In this document: positions 35,497 to 46,328 of the stretch, piece by piece
Numbering within the stretch: position 1 is the stretch's first letter
How the letters are laid out: every line of letters begins with the position of its first letter
Position numbers and translations under genes: made by a program
Assembly (NCBI GenBank): GCA_943704425.1
Contig: CALSCP010000656.1
Span: forward strand, 1-57,217
Reading direction: 5' to 3'
DNA: 57,217 nucleotides
Source: Ministeria vibrans ATCC 50519
Taxonomy: Eukaryota > Protista > Filasterea
The notes under the pieces: generated by a model
The model's database searches: none
What the model was told of the DNA's origin: nothing
What the model saw: only the letters and a program-made list of their open reading frames with translations

Positions 35497-37646
35497 TTAT
35501 TTGAAAGTGGACCCTCTGAGCGACGGTGGCATTTCGGCCATTAATCGTTCGTATCGCTCTTTCCATCGCGCAATCTCAGCCCGTTCTGCTTCCACTGATT
35601 TTGCATTAAGAAGTTGAGTGATTTGCGTTTCTCGTTCCTCCTAAAACAAAACACAATTGAAATTATATTAAAATCATAAAATATAATTATTATTAATAAT
35701 TAAATTGTTTCTTGTTGCGTACCTTTCGAGTGAGCGCCAACGAGAGAAGTTGAGTCAAATTTGCAATTTCTCCGCTCAATTCCTTTTCTCGTTCTCGTTT
35801 CATTTCCTCTTTTGCCACTGAGAGTTCCTCTGAAAACAAACAAGTCATTCATAAGATGAGTACAAATCGATTTTCGTACTGTTGCATTTCTTACGATTCA
35901 CTTTCTTTTGCTTTTCGCAAATTTCTCCAATTTCCAAAATGATTTTCTCTCTCTCACAATCTTGAGAAAACTACAAAAACACAATCGTTCGTAAGAATGA
36001 TGCCGATTGAATTGGTTCTCTTCTTTTTTTTTTCTTTTCGTACAGTCCACAAACGAAATTGATTTCTCAGTTGAGACTCATTTTCGCTCAATTGGTCCAC
36101 ATTTTGACTATGTATGTGGTCTGTTTCGTCCAAAGTTTTGCCGATTCGCTCTTTTTGCTCATTTTCCCTACAAAAACGCAACGACAATCAAAATTAATCA
36201 CAAAATAAATAAGTCTTTCTCACTGATCACAATCAGGTTTTCTTGCCACCCACTCCCCTCACTCAAACACACGCTACACCAATCAAACGTACAAGAGCCT
36301 CTGCTGCGCCACCGCACACTCCATCCGCTCTTCATAGCCCCGCCGTTCCCCTTCCAGTATCGCATCCCTCCGCTCTCGCTCCCGTTTCATGCGTGCATAG
36401 AACAGCTGATGCTCCACTGCTGCCTCTGCTTGCGACGTCAAAATTAACTGACGCGCCTCTGCGCCATCTCGAAGGTCTGTGCTTTCCAGTGCGCTCTCCA
36501 GACGCGTTTGGGCGTTTGCAGAATTGATTGATTCGAGTGCGAGTGCGTCAGTGCGCATTTGTGATTGAATGTGTGACAGTTGTGCAGTGCGCTCCTCCTC
36601 GTGTGCCGTCAGTGTCTCAGTCGCGGCATGTGCAAGACGCGCCTGTGTCGCAAGAGTCTCTGCAACGGCATTGTGTGCGTCACGTTCGCGTTGAGATGCG
36701 GCGAGTGCCTGTTGCTGAGCGGCGTGTGAGCGGTCGTGCTCTTGCAGTAGTTGATGGGTGCGCTGCTGCTCTTCGCGTTCGCGCGCGTTGCGCTGCGTTG
36801 CCTCTTCGATGCGCCGTGCTTCTTCTTGGCGAATGGCAATGAGTGTGTCGTGGGGTGTCGTTGTGGCGGTGACGGTGGTCGTCGTCGCGACGGTTTTACT
36901 CTTGGTGGTGAGTGATGCCCCTAGAAAGGCGAGGGTGGCGGCGACGCCTTGGGCGAGTGTGTCGCGCGGTGGAAAGCGCAGCTTGATGTTGCCGTCGATG
37001 ACAAGGAGCTCGGTGAGGTGTGAGAGGCGCCCCAGCGAGCGCGGCAGTTCCTCAATGAGGTTGTCGCGCAGGTCGAGGTGCACCAGCTGCAGCATAGACG
37101 TGGTCACGACGTTTGGGACCACATCCAGCTTGTTCCGTGCCAGCACCAGCTTCACGACATGCGTGCCCCAGTCGTCGGGCAGCGACACGAGTTGGTTGCC
37201 GGAGAGATCGACGACGCGCAAGCGAGTGAGCGACGGAAGAGCCGGGAAGACAGTCAGTTGGCAGTCGTGCACCAGCAGCGTCTCCAGGTCCGTCAGCGTG
37301 TCCAGCGCGTCGGCAGCTGTCGTCAGATTGTTGCAGCTGGCATCGAGGCATCGTTTTTGCCGCATTTTAATGATAGCAAAGAGTTCTTTGGGAATCTGAA
37401 AAATAGACAAGAAGTTTTGTTTTAAAGAAGTTCACAACAAGAAAACACGAGAGACACAAAGAATCAAGTGGGGCCAGGCACAGCAGCGGAGAGGGTGTAC
37501 GGTACCTCGAGGAGCTTGAGGCTGGCGAGGTTGGCGGTGGAGGACGGTGAGTTGTGCAGTTCCCATTCGCGCTTTTGCAGAAGGGCTTTGGACGCCTTGT
37601 CCGGCGACCCATATCGATGCTGATGGTGGTGCCGCAAGAATGGCAT
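35497..37646 (-). CDS. LRSAM1-like LRR + coiled-coil protein lacking SAM and RING domains (multi-exon)
   Basis: IPKELFAIIKMRQKRCL, LRRs, FPPRDTLAQGVAATLAFL, long coiled coil, last exon WKERYERLMAEMPPSLRGSTFK*. Confidence 0.75.
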
Positions 37647-37799
37647 TGGCTGAAAACAAACCAAAACTAAGAACAAAAATTGTGTGTGTGTGAAATAGTT
37701 AATAGTTCGTCAAATTAACAAAATCGTTTGACTATCATACTGACCCGGCTCACGCAAGACTCAAGACTGTCGTCAGTCGTCACTCGTCTAGGCGCTAGC

Positions 37800-38531
37800 T
37801 AAGGCTCCAAATTACTATGTAACTGGTTTCAAAAGAGGGAGTAAAAGTAAAAGAGTAATTACGCTCGACGCTGAAAACTCGAGTAAAGTAATTACCATTA
37901 TTTACCATTTTACTCGTAAATATTTCATAGTAGTTTTATTATTGGTGAAAAAGTGTCCAGTTGAAGTCTGAGGGTGGGTAGTAGGCGTTATTGGTGTGGA
38001 GGAATGTGTTGCGAATGACAGTTTTGGGAAGCATCGAGCTACGATCACCTTTCCAGGCGTGCTTTGGGACTTTGTTCACTCGCTCTACACCGCATTGTGT
38101 TGGAACAAATGAGGCGATACGACGCACAACACGGCGCAAGACCGAGTCCGGCTCCTTCCTCCAGTAGTCGAGCAGCGTGAAAGACGCGTCATGGCTCTTG
38201 GGGTTGCGGTGGAGCCATGGGCAGCTCGCTGTCACTGTTGCCGACACTTCCACTCTCTAAAGACATCTTTCTTTTGTATCAGTCTCTGTCTCTCTGATCG
38301 GAAAGATTCTTCAACGAAATCGAAACGTCTCACCTGGTACTCACTGCGGACTGTCAGACTCACTCAGTACGCCGTTAAAAAAAAGTACCAATTTACTCGA
38401 GTAAAGTCTTGACCGAGATCAACGAGTAAAGTAATTCACAAAGTACTCCACGCCCTGAACACAAGCTACTATGTAATTACCAATTTACCATTTACTTTAC
38501 CATTTACTTTACATAGTAATTTGGAGCCTTA
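37800..38531 (-). mobile_element. Non-autonomous (internally deleted) hAT DNA transposon
   Basis: Perfect 23-bp TIRs TAAGGCTCCAAATTACTATGTAA; 8-bp TSD GCGCTAGC (37792-37799 and 38532-38539); subterminal gagtaaagtaa/ttaccatttac repeats. Confidence 0.93.
37939..38253 (-). pseudogene. hAT transposase C-terminal dimerisation domain remnant
   Basis: LDYWRKE..LRRVVRRIASFVPTQCGVERVN...RSSMLP..FLHTN fits the hAT dimerisation consensus. Confidence 0.8.
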
Positions 38532-38678
38532 GCGCTAGCCCTGCGGGCTGGGGCCGAAATCTGACTCTCTGATCACTCTCGTATCTTAATTTGCACTCAT
38601 TGTCTTTCATTCATTTCAATAATAATTCATTATTCAATTTCTTCTTCATTTTTTTTTTCCCCTGTCCAACACACAAAG

Positions 38679-41600
38679 ATGAAGCGTGTTACGGTTGTTC
38701 GCGACAATTGCCCTCTGAGAAGCGTGAAAGCAGATTCCCACGATGCGTTTGTCGTGCGCCTTAAGGCGTTGGGACATGTGCCAGCGCAAACACCCACAGA
38801 CAGAGTCGAAATATTTTTACTCAGTGGCAGCATTGTCGCGTGGGAAGACCTGTGTAATGGCACCTCTGAAGGCGAGCCTGACCATGTACGCGTTGTCGTG
38901 ACAGATGCGGCGGCGACTGCTGCTGCAGGCGGAGTAACAGCTTCATCCGCCCCTCACAACAAGAAATGTGGCTACACCCGGCCCGGCCGCCTGGCAACAT
39001 GCTGCCACATGCTCCAGTCCAACGGTTTGAGCGAGCTCGACCGGGCCTACGATGCAGCAGAGCGGGATGAGACGGATTTTTGCCAGGTATGAGGTAGAAA
39101 GGAGGTAGAAACTGAAACCATTTGTAAGAATTACTCAGACGCGTTTGCTACACCCACAGACATACAACGACATCATCAGACTCGCGATGCGCGCCTTTCT
39201 CACCGACACCATCTTCAACCTCAGCGACGACAAGAAGCTCGGCATCACAGCGTCGCTCAAGACGACAATGGCCACTGCAGACAGCCGTCGTATACGTCTC
39301 TACGCCGCGTTTCGAGCGACAGCCGCCAGGCTTGCCGACTGCGGCGTCGTGTTCACCGTGCAGCTCGACAGCAAAGATAAGGTTGTGGATTCGCTGCTGC
39401 GGTCGCCCCGCAAGGCCAAGCTACTCGCGCTGCTTCTGCATCGCAGCATTGACTCAGACGTGATCCGTAAGCACGTCGCTGCTCTCAGCGAGCTACTTGC
39501 CCGAGACTTCTTTGGCTACCCGCGCGACCTTTTCAAGGCCTTTCGTGCGCTCGACCGGCACGCTTCTCCCAATGCTTTGCCGCGCACTGTCGACGAGATC
39601 ATCGTCGACGCCGGCTTGGAACCCGCCAAGCGTAGCACAGAGACCACCGTCACGGTCAGCCCCCACTCTGAGGCGGCTCTCCGCCTCCGCCTTGCTCTCC
39701 ACCAGGTAAGCACGTTAGGAAGCTTACTCTACAATTTGTCGTCGGACTGATCTTCATTGTATTGTAGCTCGGAAAGGCCACTGACGTCGTACGCGCCATT
39801 CTCAGCTTCAACACGACCTCATCTACGCACGCCACATTGGCCGCCGCGCTCGCCGCCACCGGCATTGGCGAAAACACGGTGCCAATTGAGGACCATCCGG
39901 GCAACTGGGATTCGTACAGCTTGTGTCAGTCCATCATCAAGCTTAAAACAACGTCGTTTCAAGAGTTCTTCGCCGCCCAGTCGCTTGACATGCACGACCT
40001 CAGCGAACTTGTCCGTCTGGCTCAGGTGGTGTTCTCGCTGCGCAACGACTCTGTCCACTCGTTCGTCTCGAGCAAACGCATCGAGCGCGACTGGCCAAGC
40101 ATCATTGCTCTATGCGATGCTCTCGGTCGTGTTGCTGCTTGCGCTCACCCGGCCTCGGTTGCCCCGCTCGCCGAGGCTTCCACAGAGATTCACCGGTGTG
40201 CTTTTGCGCCTCTTCATCACGACCAATTGGAGCTCACCAACAGCAACATCAGCGTCCGTGCGGAAGCAAAAGGGGAAACCGTAGTCCTCAAGCTTGACGA
40301 TCGCGATCTCGCTTTTCTTCGCCTGCACATGGGCATGCTTCGCTTCATTGCGAGCGTCTTCCCGATCGTCAAAGCGGACCTTGAGCGCGTCGCCGCGGCT
40401 GCCCGAACCGGTGGCATCGTTCTACCAGCCCCCGTTATGACTCTTACAGCGAAAGCAGCAGACGCGCCTGCTCTACCGCCATGGGCTGCTATCGCGGCGG
40501 CTGCTCGCTGGGCTGCGGATGCCGGGGCTGTCCGGTGGATCCAATTGCACGACAACAATCGTTTGTACTTTGTCGACGCCTGGTGGACGCTTGACAGTCT
40601 TTTTCACTACCTTCCTCTTATGCTGAACCGTCACCAGCTTGACGGCATTCAGTTTGGTGCGACAATAAATTGCGTTGCACTGCAGCAAGTGCAGATTGAC
40701 GCCAGCGATTTCCGTGCAGTTCTGTGTGTGGTGAACGAGAGTCGCCACGAGCGCGATGTTCCTGTTGACGATGTCGACGAGTGTCTCAGCACAATGCAGG
40801 ACATTCTTTGGCAGGTTCTTAAGACGAGCAGCGCGAGCGTCAGGCAGGGCGCAGTGGGCGACGCTTCTTGCGCCCTCTCGCGACTCGTCAACGTACGCCT
40901 GGCGCTGCCTCAGCATCAGTTGCTGTCGTTTAATGTGCAGCACCCTGCGTGGTCTGACGAGGCTAAGCGCAAGTTCCGCGGGCGAGACATCTTCCGTGAT
41001 GCAATCTTTGACGCGTTGCATGTGCCAAACAAGCGCGCTGTCCTTGTCATGGCGCCCATGGGCTTTGGCAAGAGTGCACTGGCGGCGCACATCGCGTCTG
41101 GGTCAAGCAAGGTGTGCGTTGTATCCACAAGCGTGTGCTACTACCGCGATAGCGACAGCCTCAGCCCAATGCGTTTTGTTCGCAACCTCTTATCGGATCT
41201 GCGGCGCAACCTGTCACCCGAGTTTACTTTCCGCTGCACCGCGCTCAATGTGCCCACGTGCATCAACGATGGCGACGTTCTTCATATAATTGTCGAAAGC
41301 GTTGTTGAGGCGCTCCGCTCCATGAGTGCTCCGCCCGATTTCACTGTCAACGGCACCGTGTCTGTTGTGCTTGTCGATGGCATCGATGAGGCCGTCGCCA
41401 AGGGCAATCGTGAGCTGGTGGTTGTACTGCACGGCCTTGCACGCATGGTCCCCCCATGGCTGCGTGTGCTGGTGACGAGCTGTGACGATGCGGAGGTACT
41501 GGATGTTATCTCGGCGGACGCACGCGACTACGAAATGGTCTCGTTTGGTGCGCCCAAGTTGCGCCAGGCAGCCACCGACGACGTGATTGCGGTGCTACGT

Positions 41601-43918
41601 GAGTTCCTGAGGGAGAACCCGACTGTTGCGGCACGTGTGTCGGGTATTGATGAGAACAAATTTGCCGAGGTGTCCACCGGCCTCATGCTTTGGACGACAA
41701 CAGTGCTGAGGGAGATGTGCGACCGTGGCAACTTTGACTGGCTCTCTTGCCAGGGAATGGCGCAGCTCTACGATTGTCAATTTCGACTTCGCTTTGGCGA
41801 CTTGTTCAACGAACAAGTTCGACCTGTGTTTGAGGTGTTGCTGGCCGCGTTTGAGCCGCTGACGCTGGAGCAGCTTGCTCGCGTTGCATTTCCTTTCATC
41901 CGTGCGTCGCCGGATGAGACTCTTGCATTGGTGCGTCCCATGCTGGTGGAGCAGGCGGTGACTTCTACCGGAGGGACACGCGAGACGAGGTTTGGTGTGC
42001 AGCTAGCACTCGACAAGTGGCTGCGCGGCGACGGTGGTGTGAAACACAATTTTCGCATTGATGTTGCGCTTGGCCATGGGCGCTTGGCGAACGCTGGGTT
42101 TGGACAGCTCGACGGTGGAGGCGCGATTCCCGAGCCGTTGGGCTTGGATTTTTGCGCACCCGTGCTTGTGCGACATGTGGCAGAGAGTGAACAGGTTGTG
42201 ACGGGCGCTCAGTTTGGCCACGAGATGTGGCGTCGTGTGTATGAGGCGGTTGCGAAATGCCACCTGTGGAGTGACGAGCGGGCCTTTGGACACATGGCTG
42301 TTGCGTCTGCCGTCAAGGTATTTTTGGCGGCCAATGGAGATCCCAAGCTGGTTGTTGGCGACTCACTTCTAGCGAAGGTGGTGACGAATGGCGACGATAG
42401 TTTGGCGTGCGACCTCTTGATCAAGGCAGGTGCCGACCCGCTGACACCATCGACCAATGGTTGGACGGCGTTGTTCTCTGCGGCATATAGCGGACGCCTA
42501 GAGTGTATGCGGAAGGTCTTGGCGTATATTCGTGGACACTCCCAGGACGCACCAACTGTCGTGAATCAATGTTTGGAGGACACCGGCTCATCGCCATTGA
42601 AGCTGGTGTGCCGCTTCGGACACATTGCGATTGTGGAGTTGCTGCTGAGTGAAGGAGCCGACGTGAACCAAGTCGCCGGCGAATACTCGGCGCTGACGTC
42701 TGCTGTGCGCGAAGGACACATTGAGATTGTAGAGTTGCTTCTGGACGTGAGGAGCGAGCGTGATGCGGCAACGCGGGCGGACGTGAACCAAGTCGCCGGC
42801 GAGTACTCGGCGCTGACGACTGCTGTGCGACACGGACACATTGAGATTGTAGAGTTGCTTCTGGACGTGAGGAGCGAGCGTGATGCGGCAACGCGGGCGG
42901 ACGTGAACCAAGTCGCCGGCGAGTACTCGGCGCTGACGAATGCTGTGCGACACGGACACATTGAGATTGTAGAGTTGCTTCTGGACGTGAGGAGCGAGCG
43001 TGATGCGGCAACGCGGGCGGACGTGAACCAAGTCGCCGGCGNNNNNNNGCGCTGACGACTGCTGTGCGACACGGACACATTGAGATTGTAGAGTTGCTTC
43101 TGGACGTGAGGAGCGAGCGTGATGCGGCAACGCGGGCGGACGTGAACCAAGTCGCCGGTGGGTACTCGGCGCTGACGTCTGCGGTGCGACACGGACACAT
43201 TGAGATTGTAGAGTTGCTTCTGGACGTGAGGTGCGAGCGTGACGAGTCAACCCGCGCGAAGGTTGACCTCTTGGTCGGTACCCGCTGGCCGCTACGCTTG
43301 GCCGCACAGACCAATCGAATCGACCTTGTGAAATTGCTGCTGAAGCAAGGAGCGAATCCCTCTCTGGAGGTGCAGAACGGCTGCAAAACGTTCACTGCAT
43401 GGCGTTCTGCGCGCAGCGGAAGCGAAGCCCAGCGTCTCATTGGTTAGACCACACGATTGCTTCAGTTTGTCTGTTCTCACCCATTATTTTGTTCGTTTTG
43501 CTTCTCCTCTCGAACATGTACAGGGGATGCACAACGCTTGTCTCAGCAGTCCAACACTGCCCAGCGACAAAGGCAGGCAGGGCCCATGGAACGTACCGTT
43601 CCCTTCCGCAGTGGCGCAGGTCCAACAAGTGCGGCACCTGACGCGGACGGCCAATCGCGCTTTCCCCGACGCCAGACTTCATACGCTCGTGCTTCACAGC
43701 ATCCTGATCGCGGGCACACAGCCGGGAGCGCCCAATCGGACAATTGGCACCATCAGCGCCCCCCGCCACCGCGCGTCGACGACCCTGGCCCCTCCTCGCT
43801 TTCTGATGTCGATGGGTGGCAGGTCGTGCCCTCCAGACGCCGTCCACCGCCTCGCCGAACCCAAGATCGACCCGACTCCTATCATTGTCGCAGTGACGAC
43901 ACTCGTCAACGGTGGTGA
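38679..43918 (+). CDS. NLR-like STAND protein: unknown N-terminal region, NACHT-type NTPase, ankyrin repeats (4 exons; N gap inside the repeats)
   Basis: Walker A APMGFGKS; Walker B VVLVDGIDEA; PPWLRVLVTS; winged-helix-like LLAAFEPLTLEQL; ankyrin units ADVNQ..SALTxAVRHGHIEIVELLL; in-frame introns near 39088, 39705 and 43443. Confidence 0.88.
42660..43240 (+). repeat. Near-identical 120-bp coding tandem repeats (40-aa ankyrin unit), at least 5 copies
   Basis: Units start at 42660, 42780, 42900, 43020 and ~43139; N gap at 43042-43048. Confidence 0.95.
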
Positions 43919-44195
43919 TTAATTGTCATTATGAAACGAAATTGAGAAGAGCAAAAATTACATCCATCGTTCACAAATGGTACTAGTATTATTATTATGA
44001 TTCTTATTGTACCTTCGTAATCTCCACCACCCGGAATCCTCGCTCGTCGTACATAGTGTTGTTGCAGCTAGCAACTTAAACGTATGTCTGTGTAACATTC
44101 CTGCGGTTGTATTTGTTGTCGCTTCGAAAAATATTATTCAGTTTCACACACACACAGTTTTGTTTGTTTTTTTACTCCGCATCTCCTCAAATTAA

Positions 44196-45176
44196 ATGAC
44201 TTTCACGGTCCTCCTCATCCAGGACGACGACCTCCACGACGTCAGGCTCCAAGAGGGGCTACTTTCGGACGCGGGCCTTGGCGTCAAGATCGCCAAGGTG
44301 TCGAGTGAAGTGGAGATTATTGCGGCGGCACAGCAGTGCGATGCCATTGTGAGTCGCAACGCCAATTTGACCGGACGCGTCCTGCACGCCCTGCCTCGGC
44401 TCAAGATTGTCAGTCGGCAAGGGGTTGGCTTTGACTCTGTCAGCGCCGCCGACGCCCGATCGCTGGGCATCTGGGTCAGCAACGTTCCCGACTACGGCTT
44501 TCTCGAGGTTGCCTCGCACGGCTTTGCCATGGCGCTCTCGCTCACCCGACACCTTGCATTCTTCGACCGGGACGTCCGTCGGGGTGTGTGGGACCACGGA
44601 TCGACCGGAAGCGACCTCAAGCGTCCCTCCACGATGACAGTCGGTCTGTTGGGTGTCGGTCGCACTGGTCGTTGCTTTGCCAATCTTGCTGCGCCACTCT
44701 TTGGCAAAATTGTCGGCTACGACCCCTTCCTCAAGCCCGAACAGTTCCCAGCGGGTGTCCAGGTTGCCGACACGATAGAGTCTATCTTTGAGCTCTGCGA
44801 CATTGTCTCGCTGCACTTGCCGCTCAACGACGAGACGCACAACATTGTGGGCACGCGCATGCTCAATCTCATGAAACGTGGCAGCTTTATTGTCAACGTT
44901 GGTCGTGGACCCCTCATTGACCCCGACGCGCTGCTCGAGGCGCTCAACTCGGGCCACATTGCGGGCGCAGCGCTCGACGTGCTTCCCACTGAGCCACCCG
45001 CGCACAACGACCCACTCGTGCACCACCCGCGCACTCTCGTCTCGCCCCACGCAGCCTTCTACTCGGTCGAGTCCTACATCGAACTGCGCACCAAAACCGC
45101 CCAGAATGTCGTGACGTATGCGCGCACAGGCAAGCCCGACTACACTGCCATTGCCGGCACAAGAACACCCGAATGA
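44196..45176 (+). CDS. D-isomer-specific 2-hydroxyacid dehydrogenase (bacterial CtBP-like type), intronless
   Basis: RQGVGFDSV, NVPDYG..EVA, GLLGVGRTG, SLHLPL, VNVGRG, GAALDV..EPP, SPHAAFYS. Confidence 0.92.
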   Translation: MTFTVLLIQDDDLHDVRLQEGLLSDAGLGVKIAKVSSEVEIIAAAQQCDAIVSRNANLTGRVLHALPRLKIVSRQGVGFDSVSAADARSLGIWVSNVPDYGFLEVASHGFAMALSLTRHLAFFDRDVRRGVWDHGSTGSDLKRPSTMTVGLLGVGRTGRCFANLAAPLFGKIVGYDPFLKPEQFPAGVQVADTIESIFELCDIVSLHLPLNDETHNIVGTRMLNLMKRGSFIVNVGRGPLIDPDALLEALNSGHIAGAALDVLPTEPPAHNDPLVHHPRTLVSPHAAFYSVESYIELRTKTAQNVVTYARTGKPDYTAIAGTRTPE

Positions 45177-45636
45177 AACAGAGAAATAAAAAAATAATAT
45201 CTAAATATTCTACAGGACTCTGGGCGATATGCTGAACCATCTGGCACCTTTAGACACCCCATTTCAACACACATGGATGAAGCGTGCATTTTTTTTTTTG
45301 TGTTTGTTTACAATAACAAACAGGTTTGAACTTATGCGTCGTTTGGCTCTCTTGCGCCTTCTCACTTACCAGAAACGCACATACTCTATTGTGCTTAAGC
45401 AATGACAACTGGCGGAGTGCCGGGTGTCGTGAGGAGATGTAATAACCGGCGAAATTTCCTTATCTTTCTTTTGCAGAAGTTCACTCTCTCCTTGTCCAAA
45501 CCCCCTCCAAACGGCTGCAGTGAGTGTTGATTGACTTGGTACTGCCCACTGCACAGTCGCTTGTTTGATTGATGCGATGATTAAGAGAATACGTTTTTAT
45601 TGTTCACAAGTTCACCGGTGTGTGCGTCACAGCGGC

Positions 45637-45895
45637 CTATTGGTACATCGGGTCGCCGGCGTCCGGCTCATGCGTCTCCACATCGTCAATTCCGGCCTAG
45701 GGACGAGGCGACGATGCAAATGTCAGTCTGGGTATTGCGATGCGTTACTGAACTTGCGAGTGTGTTTCGTACGATTCCCCACGCAAATCGTCCTGCGCCG
45801 CCCTTGGCCACCGTGCGCTTTGGTGTACGCCCGACGACAGTGTCGCGGTGACGACGCTCACTTGGAGCAACAGGACGGGTCTTCTGAGGGCGCAT
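45637..45895 (-). CDS. 60-aa microprotein with a PDCD4/SERBP1/Stm1-type ribosome-binding motif (exons 45895-45773, 45696-45637)
   Basis: MRPQKTRPVAPSERRHRDTVVGRTPKRTVAKGGAGRFAWGI|AGIDDVETHEPDAGDPMYQ*; phase-0 GT-AG intron. Confidence 0.6.
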
Positions 45896-46114
45896 GGTTG
45901 GTAAATAAAGAAAGATCACAAATGTAGAAAAAAGACTGACTAATTTTTCGAAGTGACTGATCTTGAATGAAACGGAACCATCGATCAGAAACGTAACGCG
46001 ACAACACAAACAGCGCAAATCCACTTACTAGAGTTACTACTAAATAACTACTTAGCACTTTGGTGACTTTGAGGCTTGAGGATTCTTCTTTTTTTTTAAC
46101 TTTAAGAGGGTATT

Positions 46115-46292
46115 AATCACATCCTTAGTCCTTACTGATCACCGATCAGTGACGCAATCGGAACCAGCTCCACCATATTCTGGGAGGGCCCGAATGGACA
46201 TATGGCTCTGCCAGGGCAACTGGGCAAGGCTGTCACTGGGCAGGGAGAGCAAGCTCCCCCACCGGAGGGGGGACTGAGGGGTGGCGTGATCA
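46115..46292. ncRNA. Candidate structured non-coding RNA of unknown family
   Basis: GC-rich island with nested complementary helices and GCAA-containing hairpin loops. Confidence 0.4.
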
Positions 46293-46328
46293 TTTGAATA
46301 GTTTCAGTTTGTTTCATTCACGAATACG

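Noticed and set aside
43042-43064. Apparent frameshift in the NLR-like ORF
   Set aside because: Coincides with an N gap of arbitrary length
42660-43240. 120-bp repeats as a CRISPR or non-coding array
   Set aside because: They encode in-frame ankyrin repeats
43440-43922. Separate small gene downstream of the NLR-like gene
   Set aside because: Better explained as the in-frame last exon after a GT-AG intron at ~43443-43523
46115-46200. HDV-like ribozyme suggested by cgaatggac
   Set aside because: The P1/P3/P1.1 nested pseudoknot could not be built
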